A stretch of DNA of 64,000 nt from Jiangellales bacterium (GTDB taxonomy: Bacteria; Actinomycetota; Actinomycetes; Jiangellales; Jiangellaceae), in NCBI GenBank assembly GCA_035462375.1, contig DATHUJ010000057.1, positions 114 to 64,113 on the forward strand, written 5' to 3'. Both the position numbers and the translations under genes were made by a program. Below, piece after piece: positions 19,928-28,756 of the stretch. Within the stretch, counting starts at the first letter, position 1. Every line of letters starts with the position of its first letter. The notes under the pieces are model-generated. The model ran no database searches and was not told the DNA's origin. It saw nothing but the letters and a program-made list of their open reading frames with translations.

Positions 19928-20058
19928 GGGCCGCACGGTAACGCCACCCCGCCGCCGGTCCCGGCTTTCGTGCCCGCCGGAGGTGACCAAAGCCTCCACC
20001 GCCCGGGCCCGCCCGCTCCTAGCGTCGAGGCGACGGTTCCGGCGGAGGAGGCACCGAC

Positions 20059-20931
20059 ATGGACGTGCCGGCCATCAGCACCCACGGCCTCACCAAGCAC
20101 TTCGGGCCCGTGGTCGCGCTGCAGGACCTCGACCTCGCGGTCGCGCAGGGCGAGATCTTCGGCTACCTCGGCCCCAACGGGGCGGGCAAGTCCACGACGA
20201 TCCGCCTGCTGCTGAACCTGATCCGGCCGACGGCCGGCAGCGCGGAGATCATGGGGATCCCCGCCCTCGACGTCGCCCGAGCGCACCGCCACGTCACGTA
20301 CGTGCCGGGGGACGTGGCCCTGTGGCCTCAGCTGACGGGGGCGGAGATCCTCACCCTGCTCGGCCACGTGTCCGGCGGCGTGGACGCGGCCTACCGCGAC
20401 GAGCTGGTCGAGCGGTTCCAGCTCGACCCGAGCAAGCGCGCCCGCTCCTATTCCAAGGGCAACCGGCAGAAGGTGGCCCTGGTCGCCGCCTTCATGACCC
20501 GCCCGGACGTCCTGCTGCTCGACGAGCCCACCGCTGGCCTCGACCCGCTGATGGAGGAGGAGTTCCAGCGGATCGCCCGGGACGCCGCCGCACGCGGTCA
20601 GACGATCTTCCTCTCCTCGCACATCCTCGACGAGGTCGAGGACCTCTGCGACCGGGTCGGGATCCTGCGCGAGGGGCGTCTGGTGGAGGTGGCCGCGCTG
20701 GAGGAGCTGCGGCGGATGCACACGACGGTCTTCGAGGCGATCGTGGACGGAGACCTGCCGGACCTGAGCGGGCTGCACGGTGTGACCGTCACCGAGCCGA
20801 TCCCGGGCGGCGTCCGGGTCTCGGTGACGGGATCCCCGGCCGAGCTGCTCAGCCGCCTGGCGTCCGTCCCGGTGATCCAGCTGCGCAGCCACGAGCCGTC
20901 GCTCGAGGAGATCTTCCTGACCTACTACTGA
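20059..20931 (+). CDS. ABC transporter ATP-binding protein
   Basis: It has Walker A GPNGAGKST, signature YSKGNRQK and Walker B LLLDEPTAGLD. Confidence 0.95.
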   Translation: MDVPAISTHGLTKHFGPVVALQDLDLAVAQGEIFGYLGPNGAGKSTTIRLLLNLIRPTAGSAEIMGIPALDVARAHRHVTYVPGDVALWPQLTGAEILTLLGHVSGGVDAAYRDELVERFQLDPSKRARSYSKGNRQKVALVAAFMTRPDVLLLDEPTAGLDPLMEEEFQRIARDAAARGQTIFLSSHILDEVEDLCDRVGILREGRLVEVAALEELRRMHTTVFEAIVDGDLPDLSGLHGVTVTEPIPGGVRVSVTGSPAELLSRLASVPVIQLRSHEPSLEEIFLTYY

Positions 20932-20938
20932 GGAGGCC

Positions 20939-22531
20939 GTGGTGGGTACGCAGCTCGCGGTCGTCCGCCTGTCGTCCCGGCTGGTGCGGCGCGGCGCGGT
21001 GCTGGTTGCGCTGGGCGCCGCCGGGTACGTGGTGGTGGAGGCGCTCAGCTACGAGGCGGCCTACCCGGACGCGGCCTCCCGGGCCCGGCTGGCCGAGCTC
21101 GGCGACGAGCCGGCGATCCGCATGCTGTCGGGCCTCCCGTACGCCGTGGACACCGTCGGTGGCTTCGTGGTGTGGGACGGGGGCTACTTCCTCCAGACGC
21201 TGGCCGGCATCTGGGCCTTGATCGCCACCGCGCGCCTGCTCCGCGCCGAGGAGGAGGCCGAACGCACCGAGCTCGTGCTCGCCGGCCCGGTCCGGGCGAC
21301 ACGCGCGGTCGCGCTGCAGCTGCTGGTCGTCCTCACGGGGTGTCTGCTCATCGGCGCTGCGGTGGCCGGCGCGCTCGCGGCGTCCGGCGCCGAGGTGGCC
21401 GGCTCGGCCATCGTGGGCCTGGCGGTCGCAGGGTTCGGGGCCGTGTTCGCCGGCGTGGCGGCTGTGACCAGCCAGCTTTTCGAGGTCCGCCGTCGGGCCG
21501 TCGGCGCGGCCGCCATCACCCTGGGCCTGGCCTTCCTGCTGCGGATGGTGGCGAACAGCTCCGACGAGCGGTCGTGGGTGGCGTGGTCGACGCCGTTCGG
21601 CTGGATGGAGAGGCTGCGTGCCTTCGGCGAGAACCGCTGGTGGGTTCTCGGGCTGCACGTGGGCGTGGTGGCTGTGCTCGCCACCACGGCCCTGGTCCTG
21701 CGCAGTCGCCGGGACATCGGCACCGCGCTCCTGGCGTCGAGCGACGCCCCGCGCCCGCGCCTCCGGCTGCTCACCAGCCCGGTCGCCTTCGCATGGCGCA
21801 GCTCGCTGGGGATCCTGGCGGCCTGGGCAGCCGGCCTGGTCCTCTACACCGTGGTCCTCGGCACGCTGCTGGTGACGATGACCGACTTCCTCACCGAGGA
21901 CCCCACCTACCGGGCGACGCTCGAGCTGATGGGGATCGACCTGACCGAGGTGACCCGGGGGCTGATCGGCGTCATGGGGGTGCTGTACGGCCTGGTCTTC
22001 GCGCTGTACGCCGCCTGGCGCGTGGGAGCTGCGCGGACCGAGGAGGCGACAGGTCGGCTCGAGCACCTGCTGACCCGTCCGGTGCCCCGCTGGCGCTGGT
22101 TCGGCGGTCACGCCCTGCTGACCCTGGTGTCCGCGGCGCTGCTCGCCGTGCTCACGGGCCTCTCCCTGTGGGCCGGGGCCGCGGTCGCCGGTTCGGAGCT
22201 GACGCTGGGCGACGCCGTGGCGTCCACCGCCAACACGCTGCCCGTCGTCGTGCTGTTCGGCGGGCTGGCCTTCCTCATGCTCGGTGCGGCCCCGCAGCTG
22301 ACGGTCGGCCTGACCGTCGGCCTCGCGGCGCTCACGTACGTCCTCCAGCTCGTCGGTCCGATGCTCGAGTGGCCCTCGTACGTGGTGGGCCTGTCGCCGT
22401 TCCACCACCTGGCACCGGTCCCGGCCGAGCCGTACGCCCTGGTGGCCGGCCTGGTGATGGCGGGACTCGGCCTGGCGGCCGCCCTGCTCGGCATGGCGGC
22501 CTTCCAGCGGCGGGACCTCGCCGGGGCCTGA
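20939..22531 (+). CDS. ABC-2 type exporter permease (large, ~12 TM)
   Basis: It is a 530-aa hydrophobic protein immediately downstream of the ATPase. Confidence 0.75.
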   Translation: MVGTQLAVVRLSSRLVRRGAVLVALGAAGYVVVEALSYEAAYPDAASRARLAELGDEPAIRMLSGLPYAVDTVGGFVVWDGGYFLQTLAGIWALIATARLLRAEEEAERTELVLAGPVRATRAVALQLLVVLTGCLLIGAAVAGALAASGAEVAGSAIVGLAVAGFGAVFAGVAAVTSQLFEVRRRAVGAAAITLGLAFLLRMVANSSDERSWVAWSTPFGWMERLRAFGENRWWVLGLHVGVVAVLATTALVLRSRRDIGTALLASSDAPRPRLRLLTSPVAFAWRSSLGILAAWAAGLVLYTVVLGTLLVTMTDFLTEDPTYRATLELMGIDLTEVTRGLIGVMGVLYGLVFALYAAWRVGAARTEEATGRLEHLLTRPVPRWRWFGGHALLTLVSAALLAVLTGLSLWAGAAVAGSELTLGDAVASTANTLPVVVLFGGLAFLMLGAAPQLTVGLTVGLAALTYVLQLVGPMLEWPSYVVGLSPFHHLAPVPAEPYALVAGLVMAGLGLAAALLGMAAFQRRDLAGA

Positions 22532-22562
22532 CGTCCCGGACGCCGACGTAGGGTCGGCCCTC

Positions 22563-23303
22563 GTGACCGCTGACCCCTTCGCCGCCGTGGCCGCGCTCGA
22601 GGGCGTCGGCGCTGCGGCAGCACACGCCCGGGACGCCGTTGACAGCCTCCTGCGCCACCCGGCGATGCGGCGTGGCTCGGGGGCCGTGGCCGCGGAGTCC
22701 GCCCTGCGCGGTGCCCGGGCGTCGGCGCTGCTGGACGGCGCGGACGGGCGGGTCGAGGACCCGGCCGACGACCCGGTCCTCCAAGGGGCGTTACGGGCCA
22801 CCGCCGAGGTCCCCGCTCTCGCCCGCACGTGGGAGCGCGCGCCGGCGCAGGCCCTGGCCCGGCTCCACCTGCTCGCTGCTCGCGACCTGCCCGGCCTGGA
22901 CGCGGAGGAGCTGGGGCGCCCGCGGCCGGACGCCGACTCGGACCGGTTGGCCCAGCTGATGGGTCTCGTCGCGGCACCGAGCCGGGCCCCTGCCGTGGTC
23001 GTCGCCGCGCTGGTCCACGGAGACCTGCTCGCCATGCGCCCGTTCGGCTCCGCCGACGGGGTGGTGGCGCGGGCGGCCGAGCGCCTGGTACTCGTCGTCC
23101 GCGGGATCGACACCAAGGCCGTCGGCGTACCGGAGGTCGGCCACCTCACGGCGGGGCCCACCTACGCCACCGCGGCGCGGGCGTACACGGCGGGCACCCC
23201 CGCCGGGGTCGGTACCTGGGTGCGGCACTGCTGCGACGCCTACGCGCGCGGCGCCGAGGAGGGCCTGGCGATCTGTGCCGAGCAGGGCGCTCCCGGTCGG
23301 TGA
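22563..23303 (+). CDS. conserved hypothetical protein with degenerate Fic/Fido-like motif
   Basis: It is 246 aa. HGDLLAMRPFGSADGVVARAAERL resembles HxFx(D/E)GNGRxxR, but the GNGR core is not conserved. Confidence 0.55.
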   Translation: MTADPFAAVAALEGVGAAAAHARDAVDSLLRHPAMRRGSGAVAAESALRGARASALLDGADGRVEDPADDPVLQGALRATAEVPALARTWERAPAQALARLHLLAARDLPGLDAEELGRPRPDADSDRLAQLMGLVAAPSRAPAVVVAALVHGDLLAMRPFGSADGVVARAAERLVLVVRGIDTKAVGVPEVGHLTAGPTYATAARAYTAGTPAGVGTWVRHCCDAYARGAEEGLAICAEQGAPGR

Positions 23304-23473
23304 CGGGTCCGGGTGCGGGGGCGGTCTCGAGGGCCTCGCCCAGGATCCCCAGACCGACGGATAGCGCGGGGTTTCGCAGGTCGCCGGGCCCGTGATCACG
23401 CGGAACCCGTCACCCGTCCGGAGAGCCCGACCGGCTGACGTCTTCATGAAGGATCCGGGTTACCGTCGCCCCC

Positions 23474-24517
23474 GTGCCGCCTGCCGAGCGGGTCCTCACC
23501 CGGCGGGACCTGAACCGGGCCGTGCTCGCCCGCCAGTGCCTGCTCACCCGCGTCCGCGCCCCGCTGCCGCGCGTGCTCGAGCGGGTCGCCGGGCTCCAGG
23601 CGCAGTACGCCCCGTCGATGTACCTCGGGCTCTGGTCCCGGGTCGAGGGCTTCCACCGCGAGACCCTGACCCGGGCGCTGGAGCGCCGATCGGTGGTCCA
23701 GGGAACGCTGCTGCGGTCGACCATCCACCTGGTCTCGGCCGGCGACTACTGGCCGTTCGCCGTCGCCGTCCGCGCCCCGCGGCGCGACTGGTACCTCCGC
23801 GTGTCCCGGCTCGGGGCGGATCCAGGCCCGTACGAGGCGGCCGCGGCGACCCTGAGCGACGCGCTCGCCGAGCGTGGTCGGCTGCGTCGCGGGGAGATCG
23901 ACGAGCTGGTTGGCCGGGAGCTGCGCGACGGTGTCGGCCTCTGGCTGGACCTCGTCCGGGTCCCGCCGTCTGGGACCTGGGAGCGCCGTCGGGCCGACCA
24001 CTACGCGGCCGCCGAGGAGTGGCTGGGACCACCGCAGGTGGGCGTGGACGACGCGAGGGAGCTCGTCGTCCGTCGCTACCTGCGCGGCTTCGGCCCGGCG
24101 ACCGCGCTCGATGTCGCCGGCTGGTCGGGGTTGCCGGTCGCCAGCGTCGCCGCGGTCCTGGCCCGGCTGCCCGTCCGCCGGTTCCGTATGGAGGACGGGG
24201 CGGTGCTGGTCGACCTGCCCCGGGCGCCGCTCCCCGGGGCTGACGCGGCGGCGCCCGTGCGCTTCCTCCCGACCTGGGACGCGACGTTGCTCGTCCACGC
24301 CCGGCGAGCGGGGATCCTGCCCGAGGAGTACCGCCCGCGGGTCTTCTCGACCCGCCGCCCCCAGTCGGTGCCCACGTTCCTCGTGGACGGTGCCGTGGCC
24401 GGGACCTGGAGGTACGAGGAGGGCCGGGTTCGCACGGAGGAGTTCGCGCCCCTCCCCGTACGGACGCGGCGGGAGCTGGCCGCGGAGGGGGAGCGGTTGG
24501 CCGCCTGGCACGGATGA
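23474..24517 (+). CDS. winged-helix DNA-binding protein, YcaQ/AlkZ-like (DUF1006)
   Basis: It reads ARQCLL...GLQAQYAPSMYLGLWSR...GTLLRSTIHLV...RRYLRGFGPAT..D...W, which is typical of the YcaQ family. Confidence 0.75.
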   Translation: MPPAERVLTRRDLNRAVLARQCLLTRVRAPLPRVLERVAGLQAQYAPSMYLGLWSRVEGFHRETLTRALERRSVVQGTLLRSTIHLVSAGDYWPFAVAVRAPRRDWYLRVSRLGADPGPYEAAAATLSDALAERGRLRRGEIDELVGRELRDGVGLWLDLVRVPPSGTWERRRADHYAAAEEWLGPPQVGVDDARELVVRRYLRGFGPATALDVAGWSGLPVASVAAVLARLPVRRFRMEDGAVLVDLPRAPLPGADAAAPVRFLPTWDATLLVHARRAGILPEEYRPRVFSTRRPQSVPTFLVDGAVAGTWRYEEGRVRTEEFAPLPVRTRRELAAEGERLAAWHG

Positions 24518-24775
24518 GGCGTCGCGCGAGAGGGCGCGCGCTCGTGCGAACGGCGCCCCGAAGGACGCCGTCGCTGGCACGTCAGGCCGGGTTACCAGGC
24601 GTGCACTCGTCCGTCGCCCCGGCTGACCCGGGACGACTGCCCGTACATGGGCTGATCGCCGCGTGGGTGCCCGGCTGCCGTGCGCGACCCCCGAAGGGGC
24701 CGTGCCACTGTCGTACCTCACCCGCTCGGCGTGTCGGAAGGGTCGAAGCCAACATTTCTTCGCCGGATCACAAGA

Positions 24776-24795
24776 TAGTGAGTAGCCACTAGCTT
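24776..24795 (+). promoter_or_regulatory. candidate TetR operator (TAGTG-N6-CACTA) overlapping a TAGCTT -10 box for a leaderless transcript
   Basis: It lies in a locally AT-richer patch. TAGCTT ends 6 nt before ATG 24802, and no Shine-Dalgarno sequence is present. Confidence 0.35.
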
Positions 24796-24801
24796 CCGGC
24801 C

Positions 24802-25334
24802 ATGGTACGGATGACAGCCGAGGAGAGGCGCGAGTCGGTGCTCCGCGCCGCCGTCCCGGAGTTCGCCGTCGGCGGGCTGGCGGGCACCAGCACCGAGGCC
24901 ATCGCCGGTCGCGCCGGGGTGAGCCAGCCCTACCTGTTCCGGCTCTTCCCCAGCAAGAAGACTCTCTTCCTGGCGTCGGTGGAGCGGACGTTCGCCCTCA
25001 TCGAGGCGGCCTTCCGCGAGGCCGCCACCGGGCACGGCGGTGCCGACGCGCTCGCGGCGATGGCCGCGACCTGCTCGCCAACCGGCAGCTGCTGCTGCAC
25101 CAGCTGCAGGCCTACGCCGCCAGCGAGGACCTCGAGGTTCGTGATGTCACGCGCCGCGGCTTCGGGGCTCTCTGGCGTACCGTCGAGGACCTCTCCGGGG
25201 CGTCCCCCGAGCAGGTACGCGAGTGGTTTGCCATGGGCATGCTGATGAACGTCGTAGCGGCGTCGGACCTCGGCGGCTACGACGCCCGCTGGGCCACGGA
25301 CTGCCTCCCGCCGGAGCTGCCGCACAGCACCTGA
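24802..25334 (+). pseudogene. TetR/AcrR-family regulator interrupted by a -1 frameshift near 25060-25068
   Basis: Frame 1 gives the HTH (TSTEAIAGRAGVSQPYLFRLFPSKKTLF) up to ...ALAAMAA. Frame 3 then continues with a typical TetR C-terminus DLLANRQLLLHQLQAYAASEDLEVRDVTRRGFGALWRTVEDLSGASPEQVREWFAMGMLMNVVAA... to TGA 25332-25334. The total length of 533 nt is not a multiple of 3. Confidence 0.65.
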
Positions 25335-25455
25335 CGTCGCGCCGGTCCGTCCCTCGGACCCGGGGCGGCTGTCCGCCGCAACAAGTTGGTGACTACGCAC
25401 GAAGGGAGCCGCGTGGTCCTCGAGTCCAAGGCCTGACGGCCCGGGTACGGACCCG

Positions 25456-26463
25456 CTAACTAACACATCGCGAGACGGCGAAACGGGCCAGCGCGGCGGT
25501 CACCCGCGGGTCGAGCGACTGCACGGATACCGCCAGCGCACCGGCCTCCGCGGCGACCTCGAGGGCGATGTCGGTCGATCCGAGCTTGTCTGCGGCTCCG
25601 CAGTCGGTGACCTCCCAGTGCACCAGGACCGGGTGGGTCGTGATGCCGCCGCCCCGGACCGTGGTCGGGAGTCCGCCGTCGACCACCACGGCGAAGCCGG
25701 GCGTACGGGAGGAGACGCCCGTGACCAGGGTCTCCGGACGGGAGGCGCCGCGCAGCACCAGGCGCATGCGCAGGCCGGCGTCGGTGGTGTTGAGGACGTC
25801 GACCGCGGCCACGAAGATGTCCGAGGCGACAGGGGAGCAGCTCTCCTGAAGCGCCCAGGTCAACGGGTTGGAGCCGACCGGCAGCGGGAGTCTCAGCAGG
25901 CGCTCGCGCTCCCCGTTGCTGACCCTGGCGACGAGCTCGTTCGGCACGGGCGCGTTGCAGTTGGGGACGACCAGCATCGTCGCGTTGGCCCAACTGGAGC
26001 TGCGGAGCGGGACGTCCTGCCGACCGTCCTCGACCACCACCCAGCCGTCGGGGTAGAGCGAGCGCAGCGTGAGATCGCGGTCGCCGAGGTTGCGCAGGCC
26101 GATCGAGATCCGCAGGACGCCCTCCCGGCCGACGCCGTCGAGGGCCAGGACCACGGCGGCGACCCGTGCGTCGTCGAGGGCCTGCGCGGCGGTCGCAGCG
26201 TCCCGCTGAGCCCCCACCGTGCTGCCGCCGACCGCGGCACCGACCACGAAGGCCGCGACCACGCCGCCGACCAGCCAGCGCACCTCGAGCCGGCGTCGAC
26301 CGCCGCCCTCGGTGCTGGCAGGCGGCGGTGCCTCGGGCTCGGTCGACCCGGGGTCCTGACCGAGGTCGACGGCGGGGAGCTCGCGGGGCTCGGGCCGAGG
26401 GCGTTCGGGGCCGCGCGGTGTCCTGGTGTCGAGGATCTCCTCGCGACCGCGCCACTCGACCAC
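25456..26463 (-). CDS. hypothetical membrane-anchored protein with two similar Cys-containing extracytoplasmic halves
   Basis: GTG 26463 lies 13 nt after the HAD stop and follows GGAGG. It has one TM helix (WLVGGVVAAFVVGAAVGG) and 4 Cys arranged 2+2. I recognise no family. Confidence 0.6.
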   Translation of the reverse strand: MVEWRGREEILDTRTPRGPERPRPEPRELPAVDLGQDPGSTEPEAPPPASTEGGGRRRLEVRWLVGGVVAAFVVGAAVGGSTVGAQRDAATAAQALDDARVAAVVLALDGVGREGVLRISIGLRNLGDRDLTLRSLYPDGWVVVEDGRQDVPLRSSSWANATMLVVPNCNAPVPNELVARVSNGERERLLRLPLPVGSNPLTWALQESCSPVASDIFVAAVDVLNTTDAGLRMRLVLRGASRPETLVTGVSSRTPGFAVVVDGGLPTTVRGGGITTHPVLVHWEVTDCGAADKLGSTDIALEVAAEAGALAVSVQSLDPRVTAALARFAVSRCVS

Positions 26464-26476
26464 GGTGCCCTCCGGC

Positions 26477-27367
26477 CTACCGGTCGCCGACCCGCCGGCG
26501 AGCCGCGTACCAGACGATCCCCGCCGCGGCGGCGCCCGCCCCCAGCGCGACTGCCGCGAGGGCAGGCTTGGACGCCTCCCGCAGGGAGCGCCGCTGCCGC
26601 AGCGCGACGGGGCGGGAGAAGACCAGCACCGGCCACCCCTTCTCGGCCGCCACTCGCCGCAACGCGCGGTCGGGGTTGACGGCGTAGGGGTGGCCCACCG
26701 CCTCGAGCATCGGGAGGTCGGTGATCGAGTCGGAGTAGGCGTAGGACCGCGACAGGTCGTAGTCCTCGCTCTCGGCCAGCGCCTCGATCGCCGCGGCCTT
26801 CTCGGTCCCGTACACGTAGGACTGGATGGTGCCGTCGTACCGGCCCTCGTCATCGACGACCATCCGGGTCGCGACCACCTTGTCCGCGCCGAGCATCTCC
26901 CCGATCGGCTCGACCACCTCGGCGCCCGACGAGGACACGATGACCACGTCGCGCCCGGTCAGGTGGTGCTCCTCGATGAGGGTCACGGCCTCGTCGTAGA
27001 CGATCGGGTCGACGATCGTGTGCAGGGTCTCCGCGACGATGTCCTTGACGGTCTGCACGTCCCACCCGGAGACCATCCTGGAGAGGTACTCGCGCATCCG
27101 CTCCATCTGGTCGTGGTCCGCCCCGCCGACCAGGTAGACGAATTGGGCGTAGGCGCTGCGCAGCACGGCCCGCCGGTTGATCAGGCCGCCCTGGTAGAAG
27201 CTCCGCGAAAAGGCCAGCGTGCTCGACTTGGCGATGATCGTCTTGTCGAGGTCGAAGAACGCGGCCGTCCGGGTCACCGACCTCGCCGGGCGGTCGCCGT
27301 CGGGGACGGGCGCCGCGACGACCCCGTCGGGGACCGGGAGGGCTGCGCTGTCCACTCTCCCGAGCAT
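26477..27367 (-). CDS. HAD-IB family hydrolase (SerB-like) with C-terminal TM anchor
   Basis: It has FFDLDKTII (DxD), SSSG and a later D motif. The C-terminus KPALAAVALGAGAAAAGIVWYAARRR is hydrophobic. Start at MLGRVDS. Confidence 0.85.
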   Translation of the reverse strand: MLGRVDSAALPVPDGVVAAPVPDGDRPARSVTRTAAFFDLDKTIIAKSSTLAFSRSFYQGGLINRRAVLRSAYAQFVYLVGGADHDQMERMREYLSRMVSGWDVQTVKDIVAETLHTIVDPIVYDEAVTLIEEHHLTGRDVVIVSSSGAEVVEPIGEMLGADKVVATRMVVDDEGRYDGTIQSYVYGTEKAAAIEALAESEDYDLSRSYAYSDSITDLPMLEAVGHPYAVNPDRALRRVAAEKGWPVLVFSRPVALRQRRSLREASKPALAAVALGAGAAAAGIVWYAARRRVGDR

Positions 27368-27464
27368 AGGTGCCGGGAGAAATCTTCGGCGAGCGGCCGG
27401 AGTGACTGGTTTGGCCGGACCTGAAGGGGGCAGTATGGGGCGTGGCGGCACCCCCCTGCCGCTC

Positions 27465-27497
27465 GGGACCGATCCCCTCCCCCTTGGATCGGGTCCC
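27465..27497. promoter_or_regulatory. near-perfect inverted repeat GGGACCGATCC...GGATCGGGTCCC in the HAD/ssd divergent region
   Basis: Read directly from the sequence. It has one bulged G and a 10-nt C/T-rich loop. Confidence 0.35.
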
Positions 27498-27539
27498 ATC
27501 TGCGGCCCCCGCCCTCCCCCCCGGCGGGGGCCGCGCCGC

Positions 27540-27576
27540 GTCCACAGCCGGCTCGACCGGCTGTCCGTGTCCACAG
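27540..27576. promoter_or_regulatory. direct repeat GTCCACAG (x2) bracketing an 8-bp inverted repeat ACAGCCGG-N5-CCGGCTGT
   Basis: Direct repeats at 27540-47 and 27569-76, inverted repeat at 27544-51 / 27557-64. It lies about 75-110 nt upstream of the ssd-like start. Confidence 0.4.
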
Positions 27577-27649
27577 CGTGCCGCCATGACGGGAGGCTCC
27601 CCCGGGTGGGCCGACAGGGTGGCGTGATCCCGTCGCCAGGAGGTCACTC

Positions 27650-28756
27650 GTGCCGCGTGCACACGCCCCGTCCCGCCCCCCCGCCCCCGCCGGTCCTGTG
27701 CGCCCCCTGGTCGTCACGGCCGACGAGCGGCTCCTCGACGACCTGCTGAGGCTGGCCGCCGCCGCAGGCGTGGACGTCGATGTGGCCGACGACGCGGGCT
27801 CGGCGCTGGCCTGCTGGGCAGCTGCTCCCCTCGTGCTGGTCGGGACCGACCTCGTCGGCCCGCTGTGCGGAGCGGCCCCACCTCGGCGCAGGGCCGTCGC
27901 GCTGGTCGGGGCCGACCTGGACGACGCATCGGTGTGGCAGCGCGCCGTCGAGCTCGGGGCCGAGCACGTGCTCTTCCTGCCCGACGCCGAGCCCTGGCTG
28001 GTCGAACGGCTGGCGGACGCGGCGGAGGGGCCCGAGGGCGAGTCGGTCGTGGTCGGCGTGGTGGGCGGTCGGGGCGGTGCCGGTGCGTCGGTCCTGGCCA
28101 CCGCCCTCGCGCTGACGTCGGGCAGGCGAGGATCACCGACGACGCTGGTCGACGCCGACCCCCTGGGTGGTGGGCTCGACCTGGTGCTCGGCGCCGAGGA
28201 CTGCCACGGGCTGAGGTGGCAGGACCTCGCGCACACCCGCGGCAGGGTGGCGGGGACGGCCCTGCGGGAGGCTCTCCCCCACGTGTCCGGGCTCACCCTG
28301 CTCGCCTGGGACCGCGGTGAGGGACTCACCCTCCCGGCGGAGGCCGCCCGCACCGTCCTCGAGGCGGTCCGCCGGACGAGCGAGCTCGTGGTGGTCGACC
28401 TGCCCCGGCGACTCGACCCCGCGGTCGAGGAGCTGCTCTCCCTTTGCACCACGACTCTGCTGGTCGTGCCGGCCGAGATACGTGCCGTGGCGGCCGCCGG
28501 CCGGGTAGCCGCCGGTCTGGGCCTGATGACCTCCGACCTCAGGCTGGTCGTGCGCGGTCCCTCGCCCGGGGGACTGGGTCCCGACGAGGTGGCGCGGGTC
28601 CTCGGCGTGCCGCTGGCCGCTCACCTCCGTCCCGAACCGGGTCTCACCGAGGCACTCGAGCAGGGGCGGCCGCCGGGCGGATCCGGGCGGGGACCGCTGG
28701 CCGGGGTGTGCGGTGACCTGCTCGACCAGCTGGTCACGGCCCGGGGTGCCGCGTGA
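27650..28756 (+). CDS. CpaE/TadZ-like ParA-family protein (Ssd-type septum site-determining protein)
   Basis: AGGAGG precedes GTG 27650. It has a receiver-like N-terminal domain. The P-loop region [19 protein letters not shown] lacks both lysines of KGGxGK[ST]. Confidence 0.8.
   Translation: MPRAHAPSRPPAPAGPVRPLVVTADERLLDDLLRLAAAAGVDVDVADDAGSALACWAAAPLVLVGTDLVGPLCGAAPPRRRAVALVGADLDDASVWQRAVELGAEHVLFLPDAEPWLVERLADAAEGPEGESVVVGVVGGRGGAGASVLATALALTSGRRGSPTTLVDADPLGGGLDLVLGAEDCHGLRWQDLAHTRGRVAGTALREALPHVSGLTLLAWDRGEGLTLPAEAARTVLEAVRRTSELVVVDLPRRLDPAVEELLSLCTTTLLVVPAEIRAVAAAGRVAAGLGLMTSDLRLVVRGPSPGGLGPDEVARVLGVPLAAHLRPEPGLTEALEQGRPPGGSGRGPLAGVCGDLLDQLVTARGAA

Noticed and set aside
18746-22531. 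Bce-like peptide-antibiotic sensing module (two-component system next to an ABC exporter)
   Set aside because: The kinase is LytS-type and the regulator is LytTR, not OmpR. The ABC genes are divergent with their own promoter region. The two-component system is start/stop-coupled to the symporter genes instead.
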